From Vicugna vicugna (Eukaryota): a stretch of DNA of 64,000 nucleotides. Under the pieces are notes generated by a model, which saw nothing but the letters and a program-made list of their open reading frames with translations, made no database searches and was not told where the DNA came from. Of the stretch, positions 1 through 13,740 are shown piece after piece; within the stretch, counting starts at the first letter, position 1; the number at the start of each line of letters is the position of its first letter. The position numbers and the translations under genes were made by a program. The DNA lies in contig MU058294.1 in NCBI GenBank assembly GCA_013265495.1, forward strand, positions 62,001 to 126,000, given 5' to 3'.

Positions 1-34
1 TAATTTAGGCTTCACAAAGAAATCATATCATTTA

Positions 35-1755
35 TTATTGCATTTCCATGTTTTCTCCCTTGTGAGTTCTCTGATGGACAATGAGGTTTCTCTTATAACT
101 GAAGGACTTCCCACACTCATTACAAATATAGGGTTTCTCCCCTGTATGAGTTCTCTGATGTACAATGAGATTCGTTTTCTGGCGAAAGCACTTTCCACAT
201 TCATTACACTTATATGGTTTCTCTCCTGTATGAGTTCTTTGATGATGAATGAGATATGACTTCCTGCTAAAGGCTTTCCCACACTGAGGACATTCATAGG
301 ATTTCTGCCCTGTATGTATTTTCTGATGTACGGTGAGGGTTGCTTTCTGGCGAAAGGACTTCCCACACTCATTACAAATATAGGGCTTCTCTCCTGTGTG
401 AATTCTCTGATGTAGATTGAGATTTGTCTTCTGACTGAAGGATTTCCCACATTCATTACATTCATATGGTTTCTCTCCTGTGTGAGTTCTGTGATGATCA
501 ATGAGGTAAGACTTCATTCTAAAGGCCTTCCCACAGTGAGGACATTCATAGGATTTTTCCCCTGTATGTGTCCGCTGATGTGCTACGAGGGTTGTCTTCT
601 GGCGGAAGGATTTTCCACATTCATTACAAATATAAGGTTTCTCCTCATTATGAGTCTTCTCATGAAGCGCGAGGGTTGTCTTCTGGGAGAAGGATTTCCC
701 ACATTCGTTACAAATATAGGGCTTTTCCCCTGTGTGAGTTCTCTGATGTACAGTAAGGTTTGCCTTCTGGTGAAAGGACTTCCCACATTCTTTACAAATA
801 TAGGGTTTCTCTCCTGTATGAATTCTCTGATGTAAGGAGAGTGTTGTCTTCTGGCGGAAAGACTTCCCACAGTCATTACACTCATATGGTTTCTCTCCTG
901 TGTGAGTTCTCTGGTGGCGAATGAGGTGTGACTTTAACCTGAAGGCATTCCTACATTGTGGACATTCATATGATTTCTCCCCTGTATGTGTTCTCTGATG
1001 ATCACTGAGGGCTGTTTTTAGGCGGAAGGACTTGCCACATTCATTACAAACAAAGGGTTTCTCTCCTGTGTGAGTTCTCTGATGATCAATGAGATATGAC
1101 TTCCTTCTAAATGAATTTCCACACTGATGACATTGATAGGGTTTTTCCTCTGTGTGAATTCCCTGATGCAGAATCAATACTGACTTCCTGCAGAAGGACT
1201 TCCCACATTCAGTGCACGTATGCTTTTTTTCAATATTGGTTACTCTTCTCCTTTTAGTATGTTCAGATGGGTTTTCCCTTCTGTAAGCTCTATTATGTGT
1301 AATTAAGCCTCCTTTTTTAAGGAATGATTTCTCACAGTCACTATATCCAAATGACTGTGCTGGAGTCTCCACCTTATGATGTTGCATAAGCACTTCACTA
1401 TGACTGACAGTCCTGCCACGCGGATTAGGGGTTTTGACTCCAGAGTAAGCTGTCTCCGGCTTTGTAGTGAGGAGTGATTTCCCATATCCATTATACTCAC
1501 TAAGTCTCTTCCGTGTAGGACTTAGATTACTGATGATTAACTCTGAAACATTTTTAAAAATCTTTCCGTGAGTGTCATATTCAGGAGGTAGATTTGTTGA
1601 ATTGATAGGGTTTTTGCTTAAAGTAAATGTCTTTTCATAGGTATTACTCTTCTCCTTAATCAGTTTTTTGTGGTTGATTAATGCAACTGATCTAGAATAC
1701 TCATCTTGTTGTTCCTTGAATTTCACTAAAAAGTCTTCAGCTTTCCAGCTTTCTT
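35..1755 (-). CDS. ZNF567: ZNF567 last coding exon: linker plus 14 C2H2 zinc fingers
   Basis: ORF 35..1726 extends in frame to acceptor ttttctag|AAGAAAGC (AG at 1756-1757). Has 14 CxxC-x12-HxxxH fingers, mostly with TGEKP/S-type linkers, and ends HKGENMEMQ*. Linker [16 protein letters not shown]...[10 protein letters not shown] and the finger array match my recollection of ZNF567. Confidence 0.93.
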
Positions 1756-4700
1756 CTAGAAAAGAATATAATTAACAACAGTTTGTGAATCTTCACACAA
1801 TTGCCATGGAAAGGAATTGCAATAGGGCCTAGTATATGAGGCCAAAAAGGACCAAGAACAAATTATTCCTTGCCTGGGAAAAGACAAGAACCAAAATAAA
1901 AACTCTGCTTCATTGTGGAAAAAGATGAAAAGTAAGTAATGAACACCAGGAACATTTCCACCTTGCACCAGAACTTCACACAGAAAGTGAAACGAACGCA
2001 AGCAGCAGTGAGAAGACAAAAGCATGGTGGAAGAGGAATTCATGTTGGGCAGGCAGACTCAGAGGCAATCAAAGCGAACCTATCAAGGGCATTAAGCTTC
2101 AAGTAGGATGAACAAGAGAAATTAGCAGAAAAGCTTGTTCAGGGAAACTATTAGAGGAAGGCTTTTAGAGGATACAGATCAGAGCCTTAACTTTTATACA
2201 TTCATCCCTAGATTGTAAGGTAAAAAACATCCAGCTGTTTCACCACCCGGTTCCACAAAACCATCAGTGGCTGATAAATCTTTCTAAGCATCAATTGTTT
2301 CCTAGTGTTTAGAAAAAACTCCTATAGGCTCTAATTTTCCATATAGCTGGGGGTCATTTTCTGTTGTGAGGAAAGTACTAGGAAAACAATTCCAACAGGA
2401 ACTTTAAAACAGACTAGGGGCATATTCACTGGTGTATTCAGACTGCTGTTACTATCAATTCTTTCAAGATTGTTCAGTAACAAAACTCTCATGACCATTA
2501 ATTATAACTATCCCTCTTTTCAATTGTTAACTTATTTTTTCAGATTTAAAGAAAGACAGGTTCAAGTCTTTTCCCAATACAGTAACATTCCTTAATTCCA
2601 CTTTTCCATATGGTGGGCCAGAAAGATTGTTCACTCTGGTTCTAGCTCATTCATTAATCTTAACCTTTATTTTTCTTATAAATTTATAACTATTTGACTC
2701 TGTAACTTTGCAATCATCCACCTCTAGTCAAACAATGTTAAAATCTAGGCTCAAAAATATGTTTCTTCCTTGAGTCCATTACCCTCAATATTAACATACA
2801 AGGTATTTCTCCTATAAACAAAACTTTACAGCACCCAGACTCATTTTGTACATTCAAGTAAGTTTTCAAGGTTGTCCACAAATCTGACAAGTCTCGCCGT
2901 AAGGCCTAGTATTTACTGCCCTACAAATACCTCACTTCTTCTTAATCACATGCTTTGCTCATGTTCTTTTAATCAGTTGACTTGCCTTCCAGTCTTATTT
3001 CCACTCATATTTAGAGAATCTTCAAGAAAAAGCTACCACTCCATGATATCAAAACCCCTCACATATATTCCACCACCACTTTAAGCACTATTTCTTTATA
3101 ACTGGAAAATAACTATGGTCTACAAAAATCATTTCAACAAATCTTTTCACAAACTTACACTGTGTCATAATATATATTTCATGAAAAATGCAGACTTCAA
3201 TGATAATCCTTTCTCATAAAGAAATGCGTTATTGGTCATCTCCTTTGTACTTTTCTGAGTTTACATTTCAATCCAACCATTTCAATGAGAACGTATAGAG
3301 CCATGGCCTGAGTAAGTACTTCTGAAAGGACTTACCAGTACCTGCTTTGTGAATGGAGGAAAAAAGATACCTCCTCTGTATAGCTCCACAAACAAAAAGA
3401 AAAGGAAGCAATTGCTGAGTACCTAACATGTTGTATACTATGGCAAGGAAGATTCATAGGATCTCACCTTTGAAAGAAAGAATCCTTAAACACAAACCAT
3501 GTACAATCAAGTATCAAATGATATATAGCCAAGAGTTGTGTGTGTTACAGCTAGTAAGTAGCATGGCAACTTAGAAAAAGGAAAGGTGGATATGATGGGG
3601 AGCCATCAAGAAACAGAAAGGAGAAGAAATCTGAAGACTTAAAAGATATATACTACATGCAGGGGTGAACACAACACAATGAAAAGTACAGACATCATAT
3701 CAACTCCTATGTGTACAGGGAACATTTAGGAGACCAGAGCAGGTGGAAATTAGCAAGAGTTTTCCACAAAAGAGAGAAATAAAGTCAGAAAGACCAGATG
3801 TGGGTTTATTATAGTAGTCCTTGTATGAAGGAGAATTACAATTTCATGTAATAAATCATAAAGAATAAGGAACAAGTAATAATGTATCTTGTCAGGAAAG
3901 TAACAATATAAATTGAAAAAAATTAGGACAAAAATTATAGCAAAGCCCAATTTTAATTACAGTATTGAAGACATGAAATAAGAGAGTTGTCATTTTGTAT
4001 GATGTCAGTGAAAAATGAAAATATGGGAGGACGTAAATATCTCCCACAGGCTGATGAACACAAATTGTGAAGAGATCCACAAGAGATTATGACAGAGACA
4101 ATCAAGCTGGTATCATGGCAGGAATAAAATACTCTGGAAACAGTTAATGGGAAGAAATTTAAGAGCTAGGAAAGTTGGTGATTTTCATTTTCAAAACACT
4201 GTCACAAAATAGGTGAGACATCAGAGTGTAGGACTCTTGAAGGACTAGAGTGAAGGTGGGAGAAATGTGCCAAGCATGTCAGCGTTAGAGGCATCCACAT
4301 GAATCAAAAAGCTAAGTCCTGAGAATGGATGCGATTACTATAATTTAAAAGTAGATCCCGTGAGGACAAATTAGAGAAGTAAGACTGAGAGTCCAGTGAA
4401 ATAATATATATTAAAAAACTTGTGTGACTATTATGTACGAGGCACCGTTCCAGGCAACAGGGCCAGAGCAGCAAAGAAAACAGACCAAGTTGGAAATAAA
4501 TAAGCACTCAGAGAGTTAGTGTTTTACCTAAACCAAGGGTTGATTTCAGGAAAGATGATCAGCCATACAAAATGAACCATGAAAATTTAATGGAAGAAAA
4601 CGGTAGCTGTGGCATCATTAGTGTAGGCCAAGGCAAGTGAGTTTTAAAACAGCTAGATTTGTGGTGAGAATGAGAACTTAGACTTGGCATAGAAAACAAA

Positions 4701-5134
4701 TCTGAAGTAATATAAAACAAAGAGAAAGAAAGAAAACAGAAAGCAACTAAAAAGAAAAATATTAACCAAGAATTTTTTTTCCCTTAAAGATAGATTTAAG
4801 AATGCCTAAAAGAAATCTATACAACGCAAGGAGATAAGGAACTGAGAATGCTAGAAAAAGACACAAATTGAGAAAAAAAGATCTAAAAGAAGGAAGGCTT
4901 ATAGGACATTTTGATCAAGAGGGACAATTATCTTGGATAATGTCAAAAAAATTAGAAAAGTCTATTATACAGGGAGAGCGATATTTGAAAGTTTAAGTTT
5001 TTTGTAGGTACAATGGTCATTTCAAAGGTTAGGAGCCTTTAAAAAAAAAACTATGAAAATACTTCAAAGTGTCACCCACCACTTAAAAATGTATTTTCCA
5101 GTAGATTTCATCTGCCTGAGAGTCAGAAACTCAC

Positions 5135-5221
5135 CTAAGCAGGTATGACCTGTACATGATGTCCATGGCTCTTCTCCCCGCTCCAACTTGAGGATCACAT
5201 CAGGCTTGGTCATGTGACACC
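5135..5221 (-). CDS. ZNF567: ZNF567 KRAB-B exon (87 nt)
   Basis: aagcag|GGTGTCAC...TGCTTAG|gtgag. Translates (G)[28 protein letters not shown], phase 1-1, in frame with neighbouring exons. Confidence 0.93.
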
Positions 5222-5466
5222 CTGCTTAAGGGAAGATTTGGATTAAGTTGCTCAGGCTTCAACACACTTGAAAAATTAGTAAGTGAATTTTCAGTACTGC
5301 AAATTAAGATATTCCTTTGTGTAAGTCAGCTTAACACCTTGTACTAGGCAAGTGAAGACACAGTCATCCTTTCTGTCAACCACAAGAATTCATCACCATC
5401 CTTGAAACTCAAGATCACACATAGAGTGGGCACTTTGAAAGGAAATGCACACTACTGTAACTTTCA

Positions 5467-5646
<180 letters not shown>

Positions 5647-6699
5647 CTAGATATTGAGGACTAGCTTTAATCCTGTTCCTTTGTGGTATTTGTATGAAAA
5701 CTTGTAAAGGAAGCCTACCATTTTTTTTTGTTTTGTGATTTACATTGTAAGGAAAACAAAAATCAAGGTAGAAGTACTTGTCACCAAATCCATTTAAATA
5801 ACTCATTCTAAAAATATTTACTGTGAAGTCACTCTGTACCCCCAAACTGCAATAGTTTACCAGCGTGCCACTGTCGCTGTTAACAAGAAGTTACAGCCTC
5901 AAAGAATGTAACATATACCTTCAAGATGGTATGTGTCAACATAAATCTACAAGAAGGTGTTATGGTACAACAACAGAGGTATGCACAAGATACAGTGTAT
6001 TACAAGGGCAGAACAATTTGTCAGGCTTTACTGAGGAGGTAAATTTTTTTTCCTTTTCAAGATTAATGTTATGCAGGAGGAGTATGATTTTAAAATGCAG
6101 GAGAGTAACTTTCGGCATATAGCAATAATAGAGTGAACTGGTTAAGAAAACAATCCCTCAGGTAATTTTAAAATCTGTACACAACACAAAATAAATAACT
6201 AATAGAAGGCACTGGAAAGATACAAAAGCAAGCAAAATATGGAAAAGAGTTTATCCTTAGAGGACAGCAATGAGTAAGAATTGTTAAGTTTGTGACTTTT
6301 TTTTTGCATGAAGGTACCCCAAAGCCCACAGCTCATCAGGCAGAAAACCAGTATGCTTCCTCAAAGGTGATACAGGACAGAATTAAGGGCTGGCAGAAGT
6401 GCAGATTTAGAAACAAATCCTGGTAATGAGAGAACTACAGAAAGAACGAGACCCAAAATCTGAGTATAAACCCTGAGTAGTCCAGGTTGATAGTTAAAAC
6501 TAAGCAACTGTTGGAGAGAACACAGGAGGCTTAGCAAAAAGCAGACAGAAAGATACCAGAAAAGACTTCTGAAAAGCAGAAGTGCGCCAGTGAGACCTGG
6601 AGATTTCTCTATGTTTGATTAGCAGCATTCCACAACCTGCTCACAGCTTAAGCAGAAGAAAACCAAGCCTTACTGGACTGAGGTGTCAGAAGGTGGGGC

Positions 6700-7740
6700 T
6701 GACAAAGCAAAATATATTCTGTCTTTAAGAGACATACTTTAAATACCATAGTCAGAAACAGGCTTAAAATAAAAGGACAGAAAAAGACATACAAACATCA
6801 AACATGGGAAAGCTGATATGGCTATAATAAAAGCAGACAGAACAGATTTCAACTTGAGGAGTATTACCACTACAGACAAAGAGGGACATTTTCTGATGAA
6901 AAAGAGTAAATACATCAGGAAAATAAAACAACTACAAATATATTTGTACTTAAATAACAGTTTCAAAATACATGAGGCAAAAACTGACAAAAGTAAAACG
7001 AGATTTTAAAAAGTCCTAAACCATGGTTAATGTTTATGTTTGTCAGTAATTGTAGAGAACTAGACCAAAGAGGGAAAAATCTGTAAAGATTTAGAATCTC
7101 TAAATACTGATGAACACCCAACTCATCTGATATCTATAGACCACCACTTTCAGTAATTTCATAACACATTTTTTCAAGACTAAATGCACAAAGAACATTA
7201 ACATATCTCAATAGCTTAAAGATAAGTTATATAAAATATGTTTTCTGACCACAATTAAACTAGGTATCAAAAAAAAAAAGATCAGGATAAGCCCTAAATG
7301 TTTGGAGAGTAAACAATACGCTTCCAACTAACCAATTTAGGGTCAAGGAAAAAAATGTTTTAAATTTCATAAAATATATTAAACTAAATACAAATAGACC
7401 AAAATTTGAAGATGCACTTAAAATAGGCTAAGACAAAAACATGTTTAAATGCTTATATTAGAAATCAAGAAAGATTTACTATCAATAATTTAAACTTTTA
7501 TTTTAAGAAGCTTTAAAAAAAAAGAGTAAGTTAAATCCAAAGCAAGTAGAAGGAAATAAGATAAAAGCAAAAATCAATAAAATAGAAAATAAATAAGCAA
7601 CAGGGAAAAATAAATGAAACCTAAAGCCAAATCCTTGAAAGGATCAATAAAACTTAAAACCTCTAGTTAGATGGATTAAGAAATAAAGAGGGATGTCACA
7701 TATGGCCACTATCAGATCCTACAGATATTAAATAGACAAC
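6700..7740 (+). mobile_element. Old LINE-1 (L1M-type) ORF2 5' fragment
   Basis: A-rich decayed endonuclease-region sequence; ORF 6818..7009 MAIIKADRTDFNLRSITTTDKEGHFLMKK resembles L1 EN. Confidence 0.75.
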
Positions 7741-7741
7741 A

Positions 7742-7958
7742 CCTGGGCATATATACAGAGGGAACCTTAATTCAAAAAGATACACGCACCCCAATGTTCA
7801 TAGCAGCACTATTTACAATAGCCAAGACATGGAAATAACCTGAATGTCCATCAACAGATGACTAGATAAAGAAGCTGTGGTATATTTATATACACTACTC
7901 AGCCATAAAAAAGAATAAAATGATGCAATTTGCAGCAACATGGATGAACCTGGAGATC
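7742..7958 (+). mobile_element. Short younger L1 fragment (ORF2 C-terminal region)
   Basis: caccccaatgttcatagcagcactatttacaatagccaagacatgg...tgtccatcaacagatg is typical of the L1 ORF2 3' end. Confidence 0.85.
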
Positions 7959-10900
7959 AGAGCAGAAATAAATAAAATAGACACTGAAAAAAAATAGAAA
8001 AGATTAATGAAACTAACAGCTAGTTCTTTGAAAAGATAAACAAAATTGATAAACTTCTAGCTAGACTCACCAAGAAAAAAAGAGGGCCCAAATCAGTAAA
8101 ACCAGAAATGAAAAAGAAGTTACAACTGACATCACAGAAATACAAAGAATCATGAGAGATTACTATGGGCAACCATATGCCAATAAAATGGACAATCCAG
8201 AAGAAATGGATAAATGCCAAGAAATATACAATCTCCCAAGACTAAATCAGGAAGAAGCAGAAAATATGAACAGACCAATTCCCCATAATGAAATTGAATC
8301 ACTAATAAAAAAACAAATTCCCAATAGCAGGGTGGGCGTAGCTCAGTGGTAGAGTGCATGCTTAGCTTGCACAAGGTCCTGGGTTTACACCCCCGTACCT
8401 GCACTAAAAAAGAAAAATTTCCAACAAACAAAAGGCCAGGACTAGATGGCTTCACAGGTGAATCCTAACACACATTTAAAGAAGAGTTAACACATATCCT
8501 TCACAAACTGCTCCTAAAAATTGTAGGGTAAGTAATGCTTCGAAATTCATTCTACAAGGCAGCATCACTGATACCAGCTACACAACTAGACATCACAAAA
8601 AAAGAAAATTACAGACCAATAACACCGATAAATATAGATGCAAAGATCTTCAACAGAATATTAGCAAATTAAACAATACATTAAAAGGATCATACACCAT
8701 GACCAAGTGGGATTTATCTCAGTGATGCAAGAATGGTTCAATACTGGTAAATCAATCACACTGATCAAACTACACCAACAAACTGAAAAATAAAAGCCAC
8801 ACTATATAATAATTTATTTATAAAGCTATATTTATAAGCAAACCACACTAACTGAAGAATAAAAACCATATGATCATTGCAATAGATGCAGAAAGAGGTT
8901 CTGACAAAATTCAATATCTATTTATGATTAAAAAAATCTCAAGAAAGTGAGTATACAGGGAACATAATTCAACAGAATTAAGGCCACAGATGATAAGCCC
9001 ACAGCAAACATACTCAATGGTGAAAAGCTGAAAGCATTTCCTCTAAGATCAGGACAAGGATGCCCACTCTCACCCCTTTTACTCAACATAGTATTGAAAG
9101 TTCTAGCCACGACGATTAGATAAGAAAAGAAATAAAACGGAATTCAAATTGGAAAGGAAGTAAAACTGTCCTGTTTGCAGATGACATACTATACATAGAA
9201 AATCCTAAATCCTGGCACCAGAAAACTATGAGAACTCATCAGTGAATTCGGTAAAACTGCAGGATACAAAATTAATATACAGAAATCTGTTGCATTTTTA
9301 TACACCAACAACGCATTTTTATACACTAACAATGAACTATCAAAAAGAAAAATTAAGGAAACAATTCTATTTACAATTGTATCAAAAAGGATAAAATACT
9401 TGAATAAACTTACCTAAGGAGGTAAAAGTCTTATACTCAGAAAACTATTAAGGCACTAATAAGAAATTGAAGACAACACAAACAGATGGAAAGATGTACT
9501 GTGTTCATGGACTGGAAGAATTAATATTAAAATGCCCATACTACCCCCTGGCAACCTACAGATTCAATACAATCCCTATCAAAATACCAATGGCATTTTT
9601 CACAGAACTAGAGCAACTAATTTTAAAACTGTAGAGAAACACAAATACCTTGAATAGTTAAAAGAATCTTGTGAAGAACAGAGCTGGAGGGATCATACTC
9701 TTTGATCTCAGATTATACTACAAACATACAGTAATCAAAACAGTATGCTACTGGTATAAGAACAAACACATAGATCAATGGTACAGAAAAGAGAACCTAG
9801 AAATAAACCCATGCAGTTATGGTCAGTTAATCTGTAACAAAAGGAAGTAAGAATACACAATGGAGAAAAGACAGTCTCTTCAATAAGAGTTGCTGGGAAA
9901 ACTGGACAGCTACGTGTAAAAGAATCAAATTAGGACATTCTCTAACATCATATACAAAAATAAACTCAAAATGGATTAAAGACCTAAATGTAAGACTAGA
10001 AACCATAAAACTCCTGGAAGAAAATATAAAAAGAACACTGATATAAATTGTAGACGTAGTTTTTTGGATCTGTCTCCTAAGTCAAAGGAAACAAAAGTAA
10101 AAGTAAACAAATGGGACCTAATTAAACTTAAAAGCTTTTGCAGAGAAAAGGAAACCATCAACAAAATGAAAAGACAACCTACAGAATGGGAGAAAATATT
10201 TGCAAATGATATGACCAATGAGGGGTTAATATCCAAAATATATAAGCAGCTCATACAACTCAATATTAAAAAAAAATCCAATTAAAAAATGGACAGATCT
10301 AAACAGACATTTTTCCAAAGAAGATATACAGATGGCCAATAGGCACATGAAAAGATACTAAATATCGCTAATGATCAGGGAAATGCAAATCAAAACCACA
10401 ATGAGATATCACCTCACACCTGTCAGAATGGCTATCATTAAAAAGACCACAAATAATAAATGTTGGCAAAGATATGGAGGAAAGGGAACCCTAGTACACT
10501 GTTGGGGGAATGTAAATTGGTGCAGCCACTGTGGTAAACAGTAAGGAGGTTTCTCAAAAAACTAAAAATAGAACTGCCAAGTGACCCAGCAATTCCACTC
10601 CTGGGTATACATCCAAAAAAACCCAAACTCACTAATTTGAAAAGATATACACATCCCAATGTTCACAGCAGCATTACTTACAACTGTCAAGATATGGAAC
10701 CAACATAAGTGCCCATCAACAGACGAATGGATAAAGATGTGGTATATATGCAGTGGAACAGTACTCAGCCACAAAAAAATGAAATTTTGCCATGTGCAGC
10801 AACACAGATGGACTTGGAGGGCATTATGCTCAGTGAAATAAATCAGACAAAGAAGGATAAATACTGTATGATCTCACATATATGTGGAATCTAAAAAATA

Positions 10901-11205
10901 CAACAAACTAGTGAACATAACAAAAAAGAAGCAGACTCATGGATATAGAAAGTAGACTCATGGTTACCAGTGGCGAGAGGTGGAGAGAGGGACAATATAG
11001 GGATAGGGAATTAAGAAGTACAAAACTACTGTGTATAAAATAAATATAAATAAGCTGCAAGAAAATACCGTATAGCACATGGAATATAGCCAATATTATA
11101 TAATAACTATAAATGGAGTTTAACCTTTAAAAATTGTGAATCACTATGTTGTATACCTGAAACTTACATACTATTGTAAATCAACCATCCCTCAATGTTT
11201 TTAAA
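7959..11205 (+). mobile_element. 5'-truncated LINE-1 (ORF2 RT and C-terminal region plus 3' UTR), disrupted
   Basis: ORF fragments MRDYYGQPYANKMDNPEEMDK, tttgcagatgac (FADD), [26 protein letters not shown]1 3' UTR ends near 11200; many frameshifts. Confidence 0.92.
8330..8412 (+). mobile_element. tRNA-derived SINE (camelid vic-1 type, short form) inserted in L1
   Basis: gtagctcagtggtagagtgcatgcttagc...gtcctgggtt with A/B boxes and an A tail; degenerate aaatt(c/t)ccaa duplication; L1 resumes on both sides. Confidence 0.85.
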
Positions 11206-11279
11206 ATAGGAGATACTCTAGATTAAAAGACATTTAAGACATATCAAAAAAATTTAAATTATAAATAAATACTAATTGT

Positions 11280-13740
11280 AAGGAAGCCAGAATGGCTATA
11301 ATAATATCAAACTAAATAGATTTCAGAAGAAAAATATTATCAGGGATTAAAAAGGCATTTTATAATGATTGGGGGGGGGTCAATTCATGAGAATATATAA
11401 CAACCCTAAAGGTGAATGGACCTAAAAACAGAACTTTAAAATATAGTAAGTAAAAACTTACAGAACTGAAAAGGAAATATACACAAAACCAAATTTATAG
11501 TTGAAGATTTTGACTTTCCTGACATTGCTTTAACAAACAGACTGAAAATCAATAAGTATATAAAAGACTTTACCATCACAATCAATCAATCTGACATGGA
11601 TATTTAGAGACCACTCCACCCAGTAACACTAGAATATACATTCTCTACGAGTGCACACAGAACATTTGAACTATGGTCAAGTTGAACTACGATCTGTGCT
11701 ACAAAAGAAGGCTCCATAAATTTAAGAATGAAGTCACATACAGCATGTTCTCTGTAAACTAGAAATAACCAAAAGCTACCTGGAAAATCTCCAAATATTT
11801 GAAAATTAAACACATTTCCTCTAAACAACCAATGCATCAAAAAAGGGAATCATAAGAGAAATTAGAAAATATTTTCAACTGAGTGAAAACAAAAATACAA
11901 GATGTGTATATTTGTTAGAAGGAAATTTTTTAATTTACAGCATTAAATGTTCTATTGGAAAAAAAAAAAGAAAGGTCTCAAATCAATGATGTAAGTTTCC
12001 ATGTACAAAATAGGAAAAAGAGTTAATTAAAGTAATGAAAAGTATAAAGTGTAAGAGCAGAAATGAAGAAATGGGAAACAGAAAAACAATGGAGGAAACC
12101 AATGAAACCAAATGTTGATACTTTGAAAAATCAGTGAAATTGATAAACATCTAGGCAACTGACAAAGGGGAAAAATAAGAGTCACAAATTACCAGTAACA
12201 GGAATGAAAGAGGCACACTGCTACAACTGGACAAACATCAAATGGATAAAAAGAGTAGATTTTGAGCAACTTTATGCCAATAAATTTAATAACTTGGATG
12301 AAATGGACAAATTCCTTGAATGACATAAATTATAAAAGCTCACTGAAGGAAAAAAAATTGATAGCCTGAATAGCCATAATTCTATTAAGGAAACTGAGTT
12401 GCTAGTTAAATACTTCCTGACAAAGAAATCTCCAGGATCAAATGCCTTCACTGGTGAATTCTAACAAACACTTAAGGAAAAAATAGTATCAATTCTGTAA
12501 ATATTCTTTCAGAAAATAAGAGGAGAGAATACTTCTGAGCTCAATTCTATAAGGCAGCATTACCTTGATACCAAAACCAGACAAAGATATTTACAAGGAA
12601 AACTATGGACCAAATTCTTTATGAACCACAGACAAAACAATTCTTAACAATTTATTAGTAAACTCTTCAAGCACTATATGAAAAAATGATATATCATGAC
12701 CAAGTGGGGTTTATCCTAGGGCTAACCTGATTTAACACTTTAAAATCAATCAATATAATTCCCCATGTTAATAAGAAAAAGAGAAAAGTCATATAATGCA
12801 GAAAAACTAACAGATGCAGAAAATCTTTTGAAAAAAGTCAACATCCATCTGTGATAAAAACTATCAGCCAACTAGAACTTCTTTAATCTGATAAATTTGA
12901 TAAAGAGCATCTATGTAAAACTTATCACTAATGTTACTCTTAGTCAAAGACTAAATGCTTTTCCCTTCAGTCAGGAATAAGGCAAAAATATCTGTTCTCA
13001 CCACTTCTATTCAACACTGTACTAACAGTTCTAGACAATGTAGTACAGCAAGACAGAAATAAAAGGAATACAGACTGGAAAGCAAAAAGGGCAACAGTCA
13101 TTATTCATGTATGACATGACTGTTTATGTAGAAAATCATAAAGAATCTACCAAAAATTACTAGAATAAGTAAGTTTAGAAAAAATGCAGTTAATATACAA
13201 AAATCAATTGCATTTTCACATACTAGCAATAAACAATGGGAATTTGAAATAAAAATGTACGGCATTTACAGTAACATAAAAAAATACCTAGGGGATTAAT
13301 ATAACAGAACATTTGCAAGATTAATACACTGGAAATAAAACATTACTGAGAGAATTTAAAGAGCTAAATAAAAGGAGATGTGCATCATATTCATGAATTG
13401 GAAAACTATATTATTATTATTATTATTAGTGATTACTATTCTTGAATTTAAACTGTTAATGAGTATTTTAATATTTTCCTCTCCCCTAATGGACTGTCTT
13501 AAACATTCTTAGAAGCTTCAGGTCTGATGCTATGAAAACTCTAAGAGTTACTGTTTAATGTTACTACAGAGTTGCTGTTTGGGATGTGAAAATGTTCTGG
13601 AAATAGATACTAGTGATGGTTATACAGCATTATGAATGTACTTAATGGTACTGAATTACACACTTAAAAATGGTTAAAATGATAAAATTTTATGTTATGT
13701 ATGTTTTATCACCCTCCCCCCACACACACAGTTAAACAGA
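11280..13740 (+). mobile_element. Old L1M ORF2 remnant plus L1MB/MC-type 3' end
   Basis: Decayed ORF2 motifs (gaccaagtggggtttatc, ccacttctattcaacactgtact) and 3' end gaaaatgttctggaaatagat...aaaatggttaaaatg. Confidence 0.8.

Noticed and set aside
28..885. Overlapping ORFs 28..501, 38..259, 482..835, 568..756 and 583..885
   Set aside because: Alternative-frame and antisense shadows of the repetitive zinc-finger exon.
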